Source: Deltaproteobacteria bacterium (GTDB lineage: Bacteria > Myxococcota > B64-G9). From it: a stretch of 64,000 nt of DNA. Where the stretch lies: contig JAFCZJ010000002.1 in NCBI GenBank assembly GCA_019314375.1, positions 6,904-70,903 of the forward strand, written 5' to 3'. Shown piece after piece: positions 38,501-46,107 of the stretch. Position 1 is the stretch's first letter; each line of letters starts with the position of its first letter. Below the pieces are notes generated by a model that worked only from the letters and a program-made list of their open reading frames with translations, had not been told where the DNA came from and did no database searches. The translations under genes were made by a program, and so were the position numbers.

Positions 38501-38742
38501 ACGGCGTGTCCAATGCAGACGACAATTGTCCGGCGGTGGCTAACCCCGGTCAGGAAAACTTCGATGGCGATGCCTTAGGCGATGCCTGTGACGACAGCGA
38601 TGACTCCAGTCTTGCGGGCGGTGGTTGCGGTTGCGCGGCCGCTGTGGGCGCTGGCGCCGGGAGTGCTCCGGAGCCTGGTTTCCTTCTGCTCTTCGCTGGG
38701 CTCTTCATGCTCACGATCGTTCGACGCAGAAATCGCAATTGA
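32557..38742 (+). CDS. Giant (2,061 aa) surface protein: lipoprotein-type signal, IgGFc-binding-N-terminal-like domain, 16 x 93-aa thrombospondin type-3 (Ca-binding) super-repeats, C-terminal GGCGC/PEP/TM/RRR sorting tag
   Basis: N-terminus ...LFFGSC, with GSDFWVTFNPNYD...ELYVAGDEGTEVTV. There are 16 DNCP(x)5-6QENFDGD units, each flanked by DxDxDG motifs. The tail is GGGCGCAAAVGAGAGSAPEPGFLLLFAGLFMLTIVRRRNRN. Confidence 0.8.
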   Translation: MPARRKLREDGKAFAVVILLVFSAITLFFGSCQSEDSVDLESMSQAILGDNDDDGILDEFDLDDDNDGILDSVECPSQTLAGSDFWVTFNPNYDTTGAFELYVAGDEGTEVTVDGGAPVAIDATGFLQLTYTPYELSDGVNSGRAMRVSSNGPIQLFANNYREYTVDAFTVLPDGLLGTEYYAVGYTPTVGNQISVTATEDNTSVTIGSDAAVLLDAGQTLFRAPAGDVTGTHIVADKPVSVNTGDKCLNTGAGACDHVEEQLFPVAAWASEYYVPDIPQNQQFRVIAATDGTIVNVNGSVAATLNAGQYYSSSIAPAYVVTSEPTEVYIIAMGESSTGDPAFILLPGASNGVGNATFGALKSDNVNTVIVVIPTAATGTLLLDGAPVTQTFVPIPGTTVSYVQIPVAYGTHTLVADQAFIPISWGEKSAESYGYVAGYGFPSEPGTCGTDTDGDGIPDSFDLDSDGDGICDVVEAGGVDDNGDCIADGPIDGDGVPDSAGGGTEPPDSDGDGTPDNQDTDSDNDGVNDDLDSAVLDPFVCRDVDADSCDDCSVTGADESGGDVANDGTDTDGDGVCNDSDTDDDGDGILDGVDNCPLTPNAGQEDFDNDGEGDACDVDADNDGSPDVDDSDDANPNVCSDTDGDSCEDCISGHYDPANDGADLDGDGLCDAGDPDDDGDGVDDGSDNCPTVANAGQENFDGDSMGDACDPDDDNDGSLDGDDSDDANANVCSDTDGDGCEDCTSGSYDPTADGADLDGDGLCDAGDPDDDGDGVVDGSDNCPMIANAGQENFDGDTEGDACDADDDNDGSLDVDDSDDFNANVCSDSDGDTCDDCSSGSYDPSSDGPDSDGDGLCDVGDPDDDGDGVDDGSDNCPMIANAGQENFDGDGAGDACDADDDNDGALDGVDSDDFNANVCSDTDSDGCEDCSSGSYDPANDGLDSDGDGLCDAGDSDDDGDGVDDGVDNCPMIANPGQENFDGDSQGDACDADDDNDGSLDGDDSDDFNANVCSDTDGDSCDDCSSGSYDPSSDGDDLDGDGLCDAGDTDDDGDGVADGSDNCPMVANAGQENFDGDSMGDACDPDDDNDGSLDGDDSDDANANVCSDTDGDGCEDCSSGSYDPADDGADLDGDGLCDSGDADDDGDGVDDGSDNCPVIANADQANFDGDSMGDACDPDDDNDGSLDGDDSNDNNPNVCSDSDGDSCDDCLSGSYDPSSDGDDLDGDGLCDTGDTDDDGDGVADGSDNCPMIANAGQENFDGDSQGDACDADDDNDGALDGDDSDDFNANVCSDHDGDSCDDCSSGSYDPSSDGADLDGDGLCDAGDTDDDGDGVDDGSDNCPTVANAGQSNFDGDSQGDACDPDDDNDSALDGDDSDDFNPNVCSDSDGDTCDDCSSGSYDPASDGVDFDGDGLCDAGDPDDDGDGVDDGSDNCPMIANAGQENFDGDSQGDACDADDDDDGALDGDDSDDFNANVCSDTDGDTCDDCSSGTYDPADDGVDSDGDGACDAGDDDTDGDGVENAGDNCPTVANAGQENFDGDTEGDACDADDDNDGSLDVDDSDAFNPMVCSDTDGDGCEDCFSGSYDPADDGADLDGDGLCDSGDADDDGDGVDDGSDNCPVIANAGQENFDGDSQGDACDADDDNDGALDGDDSDDNNPNVCSDTDDDGCDDCSSGSYDPSADGVDFDSDGLCDAGDADDDGDGVDDGSDNCPMIANAGQENFDGDSQGDACDADDDNDGALDEDDSDDFNANVCSDTDGDSCDDCSSGIYDPADDGLDTDGDGACDAGDGDDDEDGVDDAEDNCPLVANAGQENFDGDEEGDACDADDDNDGSLDVDDSDDANPNVCSDTDEDTCDDCSSGIYDPAEDGLDLDGDGVCDAGDADDDDDGVDDDSDNCPELANPGQENFDGDSQGDACDPDDDNDGALDGDDSDDLNPNVCSDTDGDTCDDCSSGIYDPALDGVDTDGDGICDAGSQDDDGDGVSNADDNCPAVANPGQENFDGDALGDACDDSDDSSLAGGGCGCAAAVGAGAGSAPEPGFLLLFAGLFMLTIVRRRNRN
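34261..38600 (+). repeat. 279-bp coding tandem super-repeat (16 copies)
   Basis: gacaa(t/c)tgcccc recurs at 279-bp spacing (34615 and 34894 checked by counting). Alternate-frame ORFs in the track also recur with a 279-nt period. Confidence 0.8.
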
Positions 38743-38782
38743 GCTAATTGGGACTCCCCGTACTCATCTGGAGGGTGACGAT

Positions 38783-40612
38783 ATGCACCGGATTACTTTC
38801 GTAGTGATGTCTCTGATGATGCTGTTGGTGCTGGCTTCGACTGCGCAAGCACAAGCGGTTGGCGATGGTCTGGACACGGAGCGCTTCAAACCCTCTGCCG
38901 ACAGTCAGGGCTTGATCCTGACCGAAGGAGGGCAGGGAGAGCTCGCCTGGGACTTCAACCTGGGACTCTACCTCCACTACTCGCGGCAACCGCTGGTCAT
39001 CAACGACGCCGATGGGAATCTGCTGTATTCCCTCGTCGACAATCGCATGGCTGCCGACCTGTATTTCTCCATGGGTGTGACCGACTGGTTGACCCTGGCC
39101 GTGGATGTCCCCGTTTTTCTCTACCAGAGCGGAGAGACGCTGGGCGCGAGCAATGAGAGCCTGAGTCTGACCTCCGCGGGCTTTGGAGACATTCGGGTGT
39201 CGCCAAAGTTTACCCTCCTGCGTCAATCACGCTTCGGTGTTTCTCTGGCCCTGAGCGTGCCCGTGACCCTGCCATCGGGAGATGAGTCAGCCTATCAGGG
39301 CAGCGATTCAGTCACCGTCATGCCGACCGTGGCCGCATCCCGGACCTTCTTTTCCGACAAGCTGTTGGTGGCGGCCAACCTGGGCTTCTGGCTCAAGGGA
39401 AACGCAGAGATGAAGGATTTGAACGCTGGACACGAGATGTTTTACAAGGCCGGCGCCAAATATGGCTTCATCGAAGACTGGGCAGCCTCCGCAGAGTTGG
39501 CGGGTGGCGCGCGCATCGAGAGCATGGGGAGCAATTTGCCCAGCGAAACCCCTATGGAAGTTCTGGCCGCGGTGCATTATTCCGCGCCCTTGGACATGCA
39601 GGTCGTCCTGGGTGGAGGCGTGGGCGCGTTGCCTGGCTGGGGAACTCCGAATTTCCGCGCCTTCCTGGGCCTGAGTTGGTCCCCCCGGATTAAAGATCAG
39701 GATGGAGACGGGGTTGAAGACGAGCAGGATCGCTGCCGAACCGAGAAAGGCCCTGCAGAGAACGATGGTTGCCCCTGGGGGGATTCGGACGGGGACGGCC
39801 TGACCGATGATCAGGATGCCTGCGCAAAGACCGCGGGACCCCAAGAGAACAAGGGTTGCCCCTGGGGCGACGCGGACAAAGACCGTGTGACGGACAATGT
39901 AGACAAGTGCCCCAAGCAGGCCGGGCCCACCGACAACCAGGGTTGCCCCTGGGGCGATGCGGACAAAGATGGCCTGGCGGACAATCTGGACGCCTGCCCC
40001 GAGCAAGCCGGGCCCGAAGACAACAAGGGTTGTCCCTCGCAGGATTCGGATGGCGATGGCCTGATGGATTACGAGGACAAGTGCCCGAATGAGGCCGAGG
40101 ACATAGACAAATTTGAAGACGAAGACGGCTGTCCCGATCTGGATAACGATCAAGATGGCATCGCTGACGGGCGTGATAAGTGCCCAAATGAGGCTGAGGT
40201 CATCAACGGCTTCGAAGACGAGGACGGCTGTCCGGACAAGGGAAAGGTCGTGGTCGTCGTCAAGAAGGACAAGATCGAGATCATGAAGAAAGTCTACTTC
40301 GCCACCTCAAAGGCCACCATTCAGCGTGAGTCTTTCAGCTTGCTGGATCAGGTGGCTCAGACCCTTCGGGCGCATTCCGAACTCAAGAAGGTTCGCATCG
40401 AGGGCCACACCGATGACAGTGGGCCGGACAGCTTCAACTTGAAGTTGAGCCAGCAGCGCGCCGAAGCGGTTCGGACCTACCTGGTGGGCAAAGGCGTCCC
40501 AGCGGAACGCCTGGTAGCCGAAGGCTTCGGCGAGACCAAGCCCATCGCGCCCAACAAGACCCGCAGCGGTCGGAGCCAGAACCGCCGGGTGGAATTCGTC
40601 ATCGTCGAATAG
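38783..40612 (+). CDS. OmpA-family outer-membrane protein with TSP3 repeats
   Basis: ATG 38783 with GGAGGG RBS (track start 38582 rejected). Signal peptide ...ASTAQAQA and a beta-barrel-like N-terminus. Repeats are of the form D.DGDG..D..D.C....GP..N.GCP. The C-terminal OmpA domain reads VRIEGHTDDSGPDSFNLKLSQQRAEAV...NRRVEFVIVE. Confidence 0.85.
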   Translation: MHRITFVVMSLMMLLVLASTAQAQAVGDGLDTERFKPSADSQGLILTEGGQGELAWDFNLGLYLHYSRQPLVINDADGNLLYSLVDNRMAADLYFSMGVTDWLTLAVDVPVFLYQSGETLGASNESLSLTSAGFGDIRVSPKFTLLRQSRFGVSLALSVPVTLPSGDESAYQGSDSVTVMPTVAASRTFFSDKLLVAANLGFWLKGNAEMKDLNAGHEMFYKAGAKYGFIEDWAASAELAGGARIESMGSNLPSETPMEVLAAVHYSAPLDMQVVLGGGVGALPGWGTPNFRAFLGLSWSPRIKDQDGDGVEDEQDRCRTEKGPAENDGCPWGDSDGDGLTDDQDACAKTAGPQENKGCPWGDADKDRVTDNVDKCPKQAGPTDNQGCPWGDADKDGLADNLDACPEQAGPEDNKGCPSQDSDGDGLMDYEDKCPNEAEDIDKFEDEDGCPDLDNDQDGIADGRDKCPNEAEVINGFEDEDGCPDKGKVVVVVKKDKIEIMKKVYFATSKATIQRESFSLLDQVAQTLRAHSELKKVRIEGHTDDSGPDSFNLKLSQQRAEAVRTYLVGKGVPAERLVAEGFGETKPIAPNKTRSGRSQNRRVEFVIVE

Positions 40613-40734
40613 CCGAGGCGCCCGGTCGGGCCCCTTCTCTCCTTGCGTCTTTTGTTCCGGGAATTTTATACTTACCGTTGAGCATTCGATGTCTGACGCC
40701 AATTTGAGGGTCGCGAGGTTTCCATGATGAAAAG

Positions 40735-42804
40735 GTGACATGGGTCTGGCTGTTTTTGTTTGTTCTGACTGGGGCTTTGATGCTGATGGGCTGTGACGAT
40801 GACGCGGGCGACTCGGATGCCTTGCCGCCCGTATACGTGACCTTTTACTCTCACAACGAGGAGGGTGGTTACTGGGAGAGCCTGGTGGATGATTCCGTGG
40901 CCTACGGTGAGTACCGCGCGGATCTGGTGGCCAAGATTACGCTTTTGCGCCAGCATGGGGCCGTGCTCAACTGGGAGAGCGATCACTCGGTGCTTCGAGC
41001 CATGGCGGCGCACGAGCAGGGCGCGTTGCTGGATGAGACCCAAGGGAAGAACGTCCTCGCCTGGATGGTGGAGGACATGGGGATGGTGGTGGACCCTCAC
41101 GGTCACCTCACCACGTATAACTACGCGGATCTGGCGCATTTGATTCAGGAGTTGGGGGTCAGCCCTTCCGGGGTGGTGGGTGGTTTTGCAATCTATGCCT
41201 GCGGGGCCACCGAGGGGGTCTTCGATCAACTGGATTGGCGGGCCGCGCTGGAGATCGATGAGGAGGGGCTCATCCACGGACGAGCCTATCCCGAGGCCAC
41301 ATGGCGACCCGTGGTTTTGGCCCAACCGGCCATGCGGGGGCACTCGTTGGATGAGTTCAGCTCCGGCGTCTGGCGTCCCGAAGACGTGGGTGAGGGCGGT
41401 GACTTTCTGATCCACGATCCCGACTCTGAGTTCATCACCGTGGGTCAGGGTTATCCGCATGACCGCAACAACATCGGGGACGTGAACAGTGGAGGGGCCA
41501 CCATTTGGTACGAAGACGCGGCCTATGTTCGGGAGCTTTCCGAGAAGATTCAATCCGGGACGGTCCCCGCGAACGGCTTTTACACCGCGTCGATTCACCT
41601 GAGGGATCTTCCTGAGCTGCCCGGGATGGGGCCCACCATCGATGGTTTGCGAGCGACACTCGAGGCGCTTACCGAACTGGTGGCCGATGGGCGTGTGATC
41701 TACATGGACTATGAAGAGGTCGTGGAGGTCTGGGAGGATACGCATCACGGTATGCCCAGTCGCTTGGGCATCGAGGAGTTCAGCATCTACGATGATCTCA
41801 TGGCCGAGGTGAATGAGTTGTGCTGGGGAGAGCAGGAGAGCTGTTTGGTTGTGGGATGCCCCGAAGGGGAGGTTTGCGTCCCCGAGGCGGAACGCTGCGT
41901 TCCTGACTGTCGGATTCCAGGCAACACCTGTCCTGAACAGATGCCTGTCTGTGATGAGCAGACGGGATTCTGCCAGGCGGGGACCGCCGTGGACGTGACG
42001 AGTGTGGAGTTCCTGGTCACCAACCCCACCAGTGGCGTGGACTGGTGGGCGAAGGCCTTTTACCCCAGCGACGCCGGGTCGGCGAAGCGATATCCCACGA
42101 TGGTGAAGGTCCCTGGCGGGAGCGGGGCCGGGAGCGCGTCGGAGGATTCCCCGGATCTGGATCGGCGCCCGGACCTCCAGGCCGCCGAGGGCTATGTGGT
42201 GGTCATCTTTGACGCGGACGGCCGCGGCAACACGGCTGGGACCGAGGACTACTGTGGTCACATCCACCAGGACGGTCTGGCGGTGCTCATCGAGACGGTG
42301 GCGAGTTGGGATGTGGTGGACGTGGACCGTCTGGCGCTGTTCACCTCGTCGTATGGGATCACCATGGGGAGCGGTGTGCTGGCGCGATACCCCGAGCTTC
42401 CTGTTCTCTTTTTGTTGGATTGGGAGGGACCGGCGAATCGAATGGACACGGGGCATTGCGATGCGGACAACACCGGGCACATCACCCATGACTGTGATGA
42501 TGACCTTTGGTGGTCCGAGCGGGAGGCTGCCGTCTTCATGACCCAGGTGGCGGTTCCTTATCTGCGAATGCAGGAAGTCCAGGACCACGCCCAACCCGAC
42601 AACCTTCACGCCATTTTGATGGTGAACAATGCCACCCACACCAGCCACGGGGGAGGCGGGTTGTCTCCATGGACCTGCGTGAACGGCCCCGAGGTGAACC
42701 CGATCAACACGACTTATTCCGAGACGGAGCCGCCCGTCTACCAGCAGGATTTGTCGGCGGGCCCTGGCGTCTGGGGCCCCATGTTTACCCTCCATGCCCC
42801 CTGA
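40735..42804 (+). CDS. Lipoprotein, possible alpha/beta-hydrolase-like C-terminal half
   Basis: Lipobox (GALMLMGCDDD). A Cys-rich linker sits around residue 370. The C-terminal segment has VVVIFDADGRGNT and FTSSYGITMG (nucleophile-elbow-like). This is a weak call. Confidence 0.45.
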   Translation: MTWVWLFLFVLTGALMLMGCDDDAGDSDALPPVYVTFYSHNEEGGYWESLVDDSVAYGEYRADLVAKITLLRQHGAVLNWESDHSVLRAMAAHEQGALLDETQGKNVLAWMVEDMGMVVDPHGHLTTYNYADLAHLIQELGVSPSGVVGGFAIYACGATEGVFDQLDWRAALEIDEEGLIHGRAYPEATWRPVVLAQPAMRGHSLDEFSSGVWRPEDVGEGGDFLIHDPDSEFITVGQGYPHDRNNIGDVNSGGATIWYEDAAYVRELSEKIQSGTVPANGFYTASIHLRDLPELPGMGPTIDGLRATLEALTELVADGRVIYMDYEEVVEVWEDTHHGMPSRLGIEEFSIYDDLMAEVNELCWGEQESCLVVGCPEGEVCVPEAERCVPDCRIPGNTCPEQMPVCDEQTGFCQAGTAVDVTSVEFLVTNPTSGVDWWAKAFYPSDAGSAKRYPTMVKVPGGSGAGSASEDSPDLDRRPDLQAAEGYVVVIFDADGRGNTAGTEDYCGHIHQDGLAVLIETVASWDVVDVDRLALFTSSYGITMGSGVLARYPELPVLFLLDWEGPANRMDTGHCDADNTGHITHDCDDDLWWSEREAAVFMTQVAVPYLRMQEVQDHAQPDNLHAILMVNNATHTSHGGGGLSPWTCVNGPEVNPINTTYSETEPPVYQQDLSAGPGVWGPMFTLHAP

Positions 42805-42880
42805 GATGGGTTGCGAACCTGCCGAATTCGCGAAATCCAACAATCACTCACAGATGCTTTGCAGGATTCCTGTCAGGTGG

Positions 42881-44434
42881 CTATTCTTGCTCTTCTTCCT
42901 TAAGTTCTTTCAGTTCTTCCGCCAGCTTTTTGTGCTTTGGAAACAATCGGCCCATCCAGCGTAACAGTTTGCTTCGATAATCATATTGCTCAGCCGACAT
43001 GAGCATGGAAGAAATGCTCAAACCCAATTCAATACCTTGGTTTGCTTGGGCCTCTTTGGCGCTTGGCGAGGTCGCCAACCAGGACATGTACAGGTCCATG
43101 CCCAGCATCGTGGATTCAGCAACCATCATGTCTTTGACAACCTCCAGCATGGCGGACGAGGTGCTCTTTGCCCCGAGATCCAATCCCTCTTTTTTGCATC
43201 TCCTGGCAAATGCATCAGCGTTTTCCTTGGCCTGAATTGAAGCCAGGTACAAAGCAGCCATTCGATACTTTGGGGCCGTTGGTTTTTTTTGAAGCATGGG
43301 AACCAGCAAGTCTGATGCCTCGGCGAGATTCTCCATGCCGACAAGCAGCAGGGCTTTTTGCCAGAGTATTTCATCCTGGTCGTATGGCTTCGGCTTGACT
43401 ATTTCACCCTGGTCTTTTTGCGGCAACGGCCAACGATAAACAGCACCCATCGCATCGATAGCATGCACATTTTTACCATCATCTCTGACGTGAACAATCC
43501 CAGCATCTCTGCCAGTGTCAAAAGACACAAGTCGATTGTTTTGCCGAAACCAAAGCACCACCTGCCCATCCGAGGTCCCCCAGATAATCCGACTGGCATC
43601 CCTGCAGGTGGAAAGGGTTGAGATGCCCCACTTCTGTTTGAGCAGCAACCCTTTGTCCCTCTGGGCAATCCGAACGCTCTCTCTGTCGGCGGTCAGCGTT
43701 TCTGACTTGGTTTTGACGGCACCCACCGCTCCTTCTTTGTGAGGTGCAGTGAAAGTAATCACCTTGCATGACGAAAGAGATGCAACAAAAAGCGTGGTAT
43801 TGGCAATGCCTGGGTTGTTCGATCCACATCGAATGCCGATGTGTTGGTCATCCAACATGAAGGTCTGTCGGGTGATTGTCATGTAGGGATGCTGGATCGA
43901 ACACTTGGCCTTTCCCGAGGCAACATCCCAAACAACAACACCCCCATTGTGATGTGTAAGTAATGTATCGCCACCAACAAAAGCCGGGGCACCATAACTG
44001 GCAGGCAGGCTGGATGATGGCCCCACAAAATTCATTTCAAAACGTTTCCCGATGGCCGCGCCGGGATCGCCCTTCCATGCCAGGCTGCCCTTTGCGGTAT
44101 CCCAGAGCTGCAATCCTCCATCGCGTTTGACAAAAGCCACATGCCTCGCATTTGCGGAAACGTCGTACCAAAACCCAGGCGTGTTGTCGGGGTTGCCGAT
44201 TGGTAAGGACTTGGGTGCGTGTCCGGTTGCGGCGTATACATCAATGGTTTTTCCACGCTGAACAACAAAGGAGCCATCTGAGGAATGGGCAACGACCTTG
44301 CCCTTCGCGTCAAATTGAATCCCAGGCGCTCCCTTGGATTCACAACGGCTACAACCCGACGACCAAGCCACGGAGATCAGCAGCGACCAAACAACTGAAA
44401 GCAACGGCCCTATTTTTGTCATTTTGATAGACAT
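42881..44434 (-). CDS. WD40/beta-propeller-like + helical-repeat protein with lipoprotein-type signal
   Basis: Signal ...VAWSSGCS. Propeller-like strands (GGLQLWDTAKG, GGVVVWDVASG, DGQVVLWF). Helical TPR-like C-terminus. Visibly lower G+C than its neighbours. Confidence 0.5.
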   Translation of the reverse strand: MSIKMTKIGPLLSVVWSLLISVAWSSGCSRCESKGAPGIQFDAKGKVVAHSSDGSFVVQRGKTIDVYAATGHAPKSLPIGNPDNTPGFWYDVSANARHVAFVKRDGGLQLWDTAKGSLAWKGDPGAAIGKRFEMNFVGPSSSLPASYGAPAFVGGDTLLTHHNGGVVVWDVASGKAKCSIQHPYMTITRQTFMLDDQHIGIRCGSNNPGIANTTLFVASLSSCKVITFTAPHKEGAVGAVKTKSETLTADRESVRIAQRDKGLLLKQKWGISTLSTCRDASRIIWGTSDGQVVLWFRQNNRLVSFDTGRDAGIVHVRDDGKNVHAIDAMGAVYRWPLPQKDQGEIVKPKPYDQDEILWQKALLLVGMENLAEASDLLVPMLQKKPTAPKYRMAALYLASIQAKENADAFARRCKKEGLDLGAKSTSSAMLEVVKDMMVAESTMLGMDLYMSWLATSPSAKEAQANQGIELGLSISSMLMSAEQYDYRSKLLRWMGRLFPKHKKLAEELKELKEEEQE

Positions 44435-44461
44435 CGATTGGCCTCTGCTCTTGGTGGGTTG

Positions 44462-45274
44462 CTATGGGATGGGCACCGAGACCGAGTTGTAGTCGTCTAT
44501 TGTGATCTTGGCTTCTCCGAACAGGAAGGAACTTGAGAACTCGGCTCTGATCGTGTGACCGGATGCGGTCTGGATGATCAGGGTGCCCTCCTTGGGGAGA
44601 AGGCCTCCTTCGTATTCCAGATTTTCGAAAGTGATGCTGTCGTCTCCTGCCTCCGACAGCAATTGGGCCGATCCATCGAGCAGGATGGTCGAACCGCCGA
44701 TGATCGGAATGCCCGCTCGCAATCCCACGGTGAGATCCATGGAATAGGCTTGTTCCGTGCCTGGGATTTCTCCCGCACCCCGGGCCCAGTAATGACTTTC
44801 GTCTCCGCAAGTCCCATATCCGGCGCTGCTGCCGAGCAAGATGCCGTCGATTTGGAGTTGGCTGAAGTCGGCTTCCAGGTCCATGCGATCCGTTCCGCCC
44901 GAGTACATAAAAGTGATCGTGCCGGCCAGGGTCGTGTCGTGTATCTCACAGCCCCCCGCGGGAAAGGTGATGGTGACCAGGTCGGCTTCTTCTCCCTGCG
45001 CCTGGGTGGAAATGGTCGCGCAAGCGTGTTCGATCTCGAAGTCCGCGATGATATCGCCGACGAAGGTGCCTCGCGGTTCTTCGCATTCGTAAGTTGGGAG
45101 CAGACCCAGCATTTCGAGGGCTGTCTTGCCCTGCTCGGCCACATCCGCGGCGAGTCCCACCATGTCGCCGGCCCAATCGATGTCTTCCTGGCTCGGTAGA
45201 TTGAGCGTCTCGCCGCAGGATGGGAGAAGGGAGAACATAGCCAGCGTCAAGGCGACAAGGGCCGCATTTTTCAT
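44462..45274 (-). CDS. Lipoprotein, unknown function
   Basis: GGAGG RBS. Lipobox (MFSLLPSCGE). 270 aa. 27 nt upstream of the WD40-like gene. Confidence 0.5.
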   Translation of the reverse strand: MKNAALVALTLAMFSLLPSCGETLNLPSQEDIDWAGDMVGLAADVAEQGKTALEMLGLLPTYECEEPRGTFVGDIIADFEIEHACATISTQAQGEEADLVTITFPAGGCEIHDTTLAGTITFMYSGGTDRMDLEADFSQLQIDGILLGSSAGYGTCGDESHYWARGAGEIPGTEQAYSMDLTVGLRAGIPIIGGSTILLDGSAQLLSEAGDDSITFENLEYEGGLLPKEGTLIIQTASGHTIRAEFSSSFLFGEAKITIDDYNSVSVPIP

Positions 45275-45358
45275 CTCGTACCTCCTTCGATTCTTTGGTG
45301 TTCTACTATACCCGAACCAGGTATGCTTTTTGAAATCCTAAATAAAGGGGTGTCGGAC

Positions 45359-46072
45359 ATGAATACGCGACTGACCTTGGCCTTGATTGCTATTTTCAGC
45401 CTGCTGCTGGCAGCGCCCGTTGTGTCGGCTCAGGACGTCATTGTGCAGGTGGTCTTGAAAAAGGCGCAACGAAATAATGCTCTGGCCCAAGAGGCAAAGA
45501 AGCTATTCGATGCCGCCTTGAACAAGCGGGGCATCCAGGCAAAAGATGGTGTCAAATCCTTGGACTGGGAGATCGTGCTGGAGGTCGTCAAGAACAGGTC
45601 GTCGGGCGGTAAATCGGTCAGCGTGACTTTGAACGCCAGGGCCCATGAGGCAGGCAACCGCGGACGGATGGGCGGGATGGCCACCGGCATGACCCAGCCC
45701 TTTCCTCTGGGTGACAAGCCGGCGGAGGCGAAGGCCCTGCAAGAGGCTGTCGACAAGATGGCGGACGAGCTGGCGGCACAGCTCAAGAAGGCTGCTCAAC
45801 ACGCCGCCCGGCGTGGCAAGGTTTTTGACATTCACCTGACCAATGCCCCGAATGGATATGCCCCGATCGTCCACAGAGCGTTGAAACGAATGTGCAGCAG
45901 GGTCAAGGCCAAAATGATGGGGAAGAATCAGGGATCATTCACCTGCACGAGCAAAGAAATAAAAATGTCGGAGCTGGAAGCGAGTCTCGGGGCAGCTTTG
46001 GGTAAGAAATTTCCAGGCAAAAGCTATAAAATGGAAAAGAAGGGCCAGCTTTTGATTGTGGTTTTCGAATGA
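45359..46072 (+). CDS. Secreted protein, unknown function
   Basis: ATG 45359. Signal peptide ALIAIFSLLLAAPVVSAQD. Lys/Ala-rich. Confidence 0.5.
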   Translation: MNTRLTLALIAIFSLLLAAPVVSAQDVIVQVVLKKAQRNNALAQEAKKLFDAALNKRGIQAKDGVKSLDWEIVLEVVKNRSSGGKSVSVTLNARAHEAGNRGRMGGMATGMTQPFPLGDKPAEAKALQEAVDKMADELAAQLKKAAQHAARRGKVFDIHLTNAPNGYAPIVHRALKRMCSRVKAKMMGKNQGSFTCTSKEIKMSELEASLGAALGKKFPGKSYKMEKKGQLLIVVFE

Positions 46073-46107
46073 GGCCTTGGCCGGAAGTGATGGATGAGCA
46101 GGCCTGA

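Noticed and set aside
40672-42843. 723-aa ORF on the minus strand
   Set aside because: It is exactly antisense to the 40735-42804 lipoprotein gene, which has a signal peptide and lipobox. The translation is Arg/His/Gly/Pro-rich with no motif, as is typical of mirror-frame ORFs in high-GC DNA.
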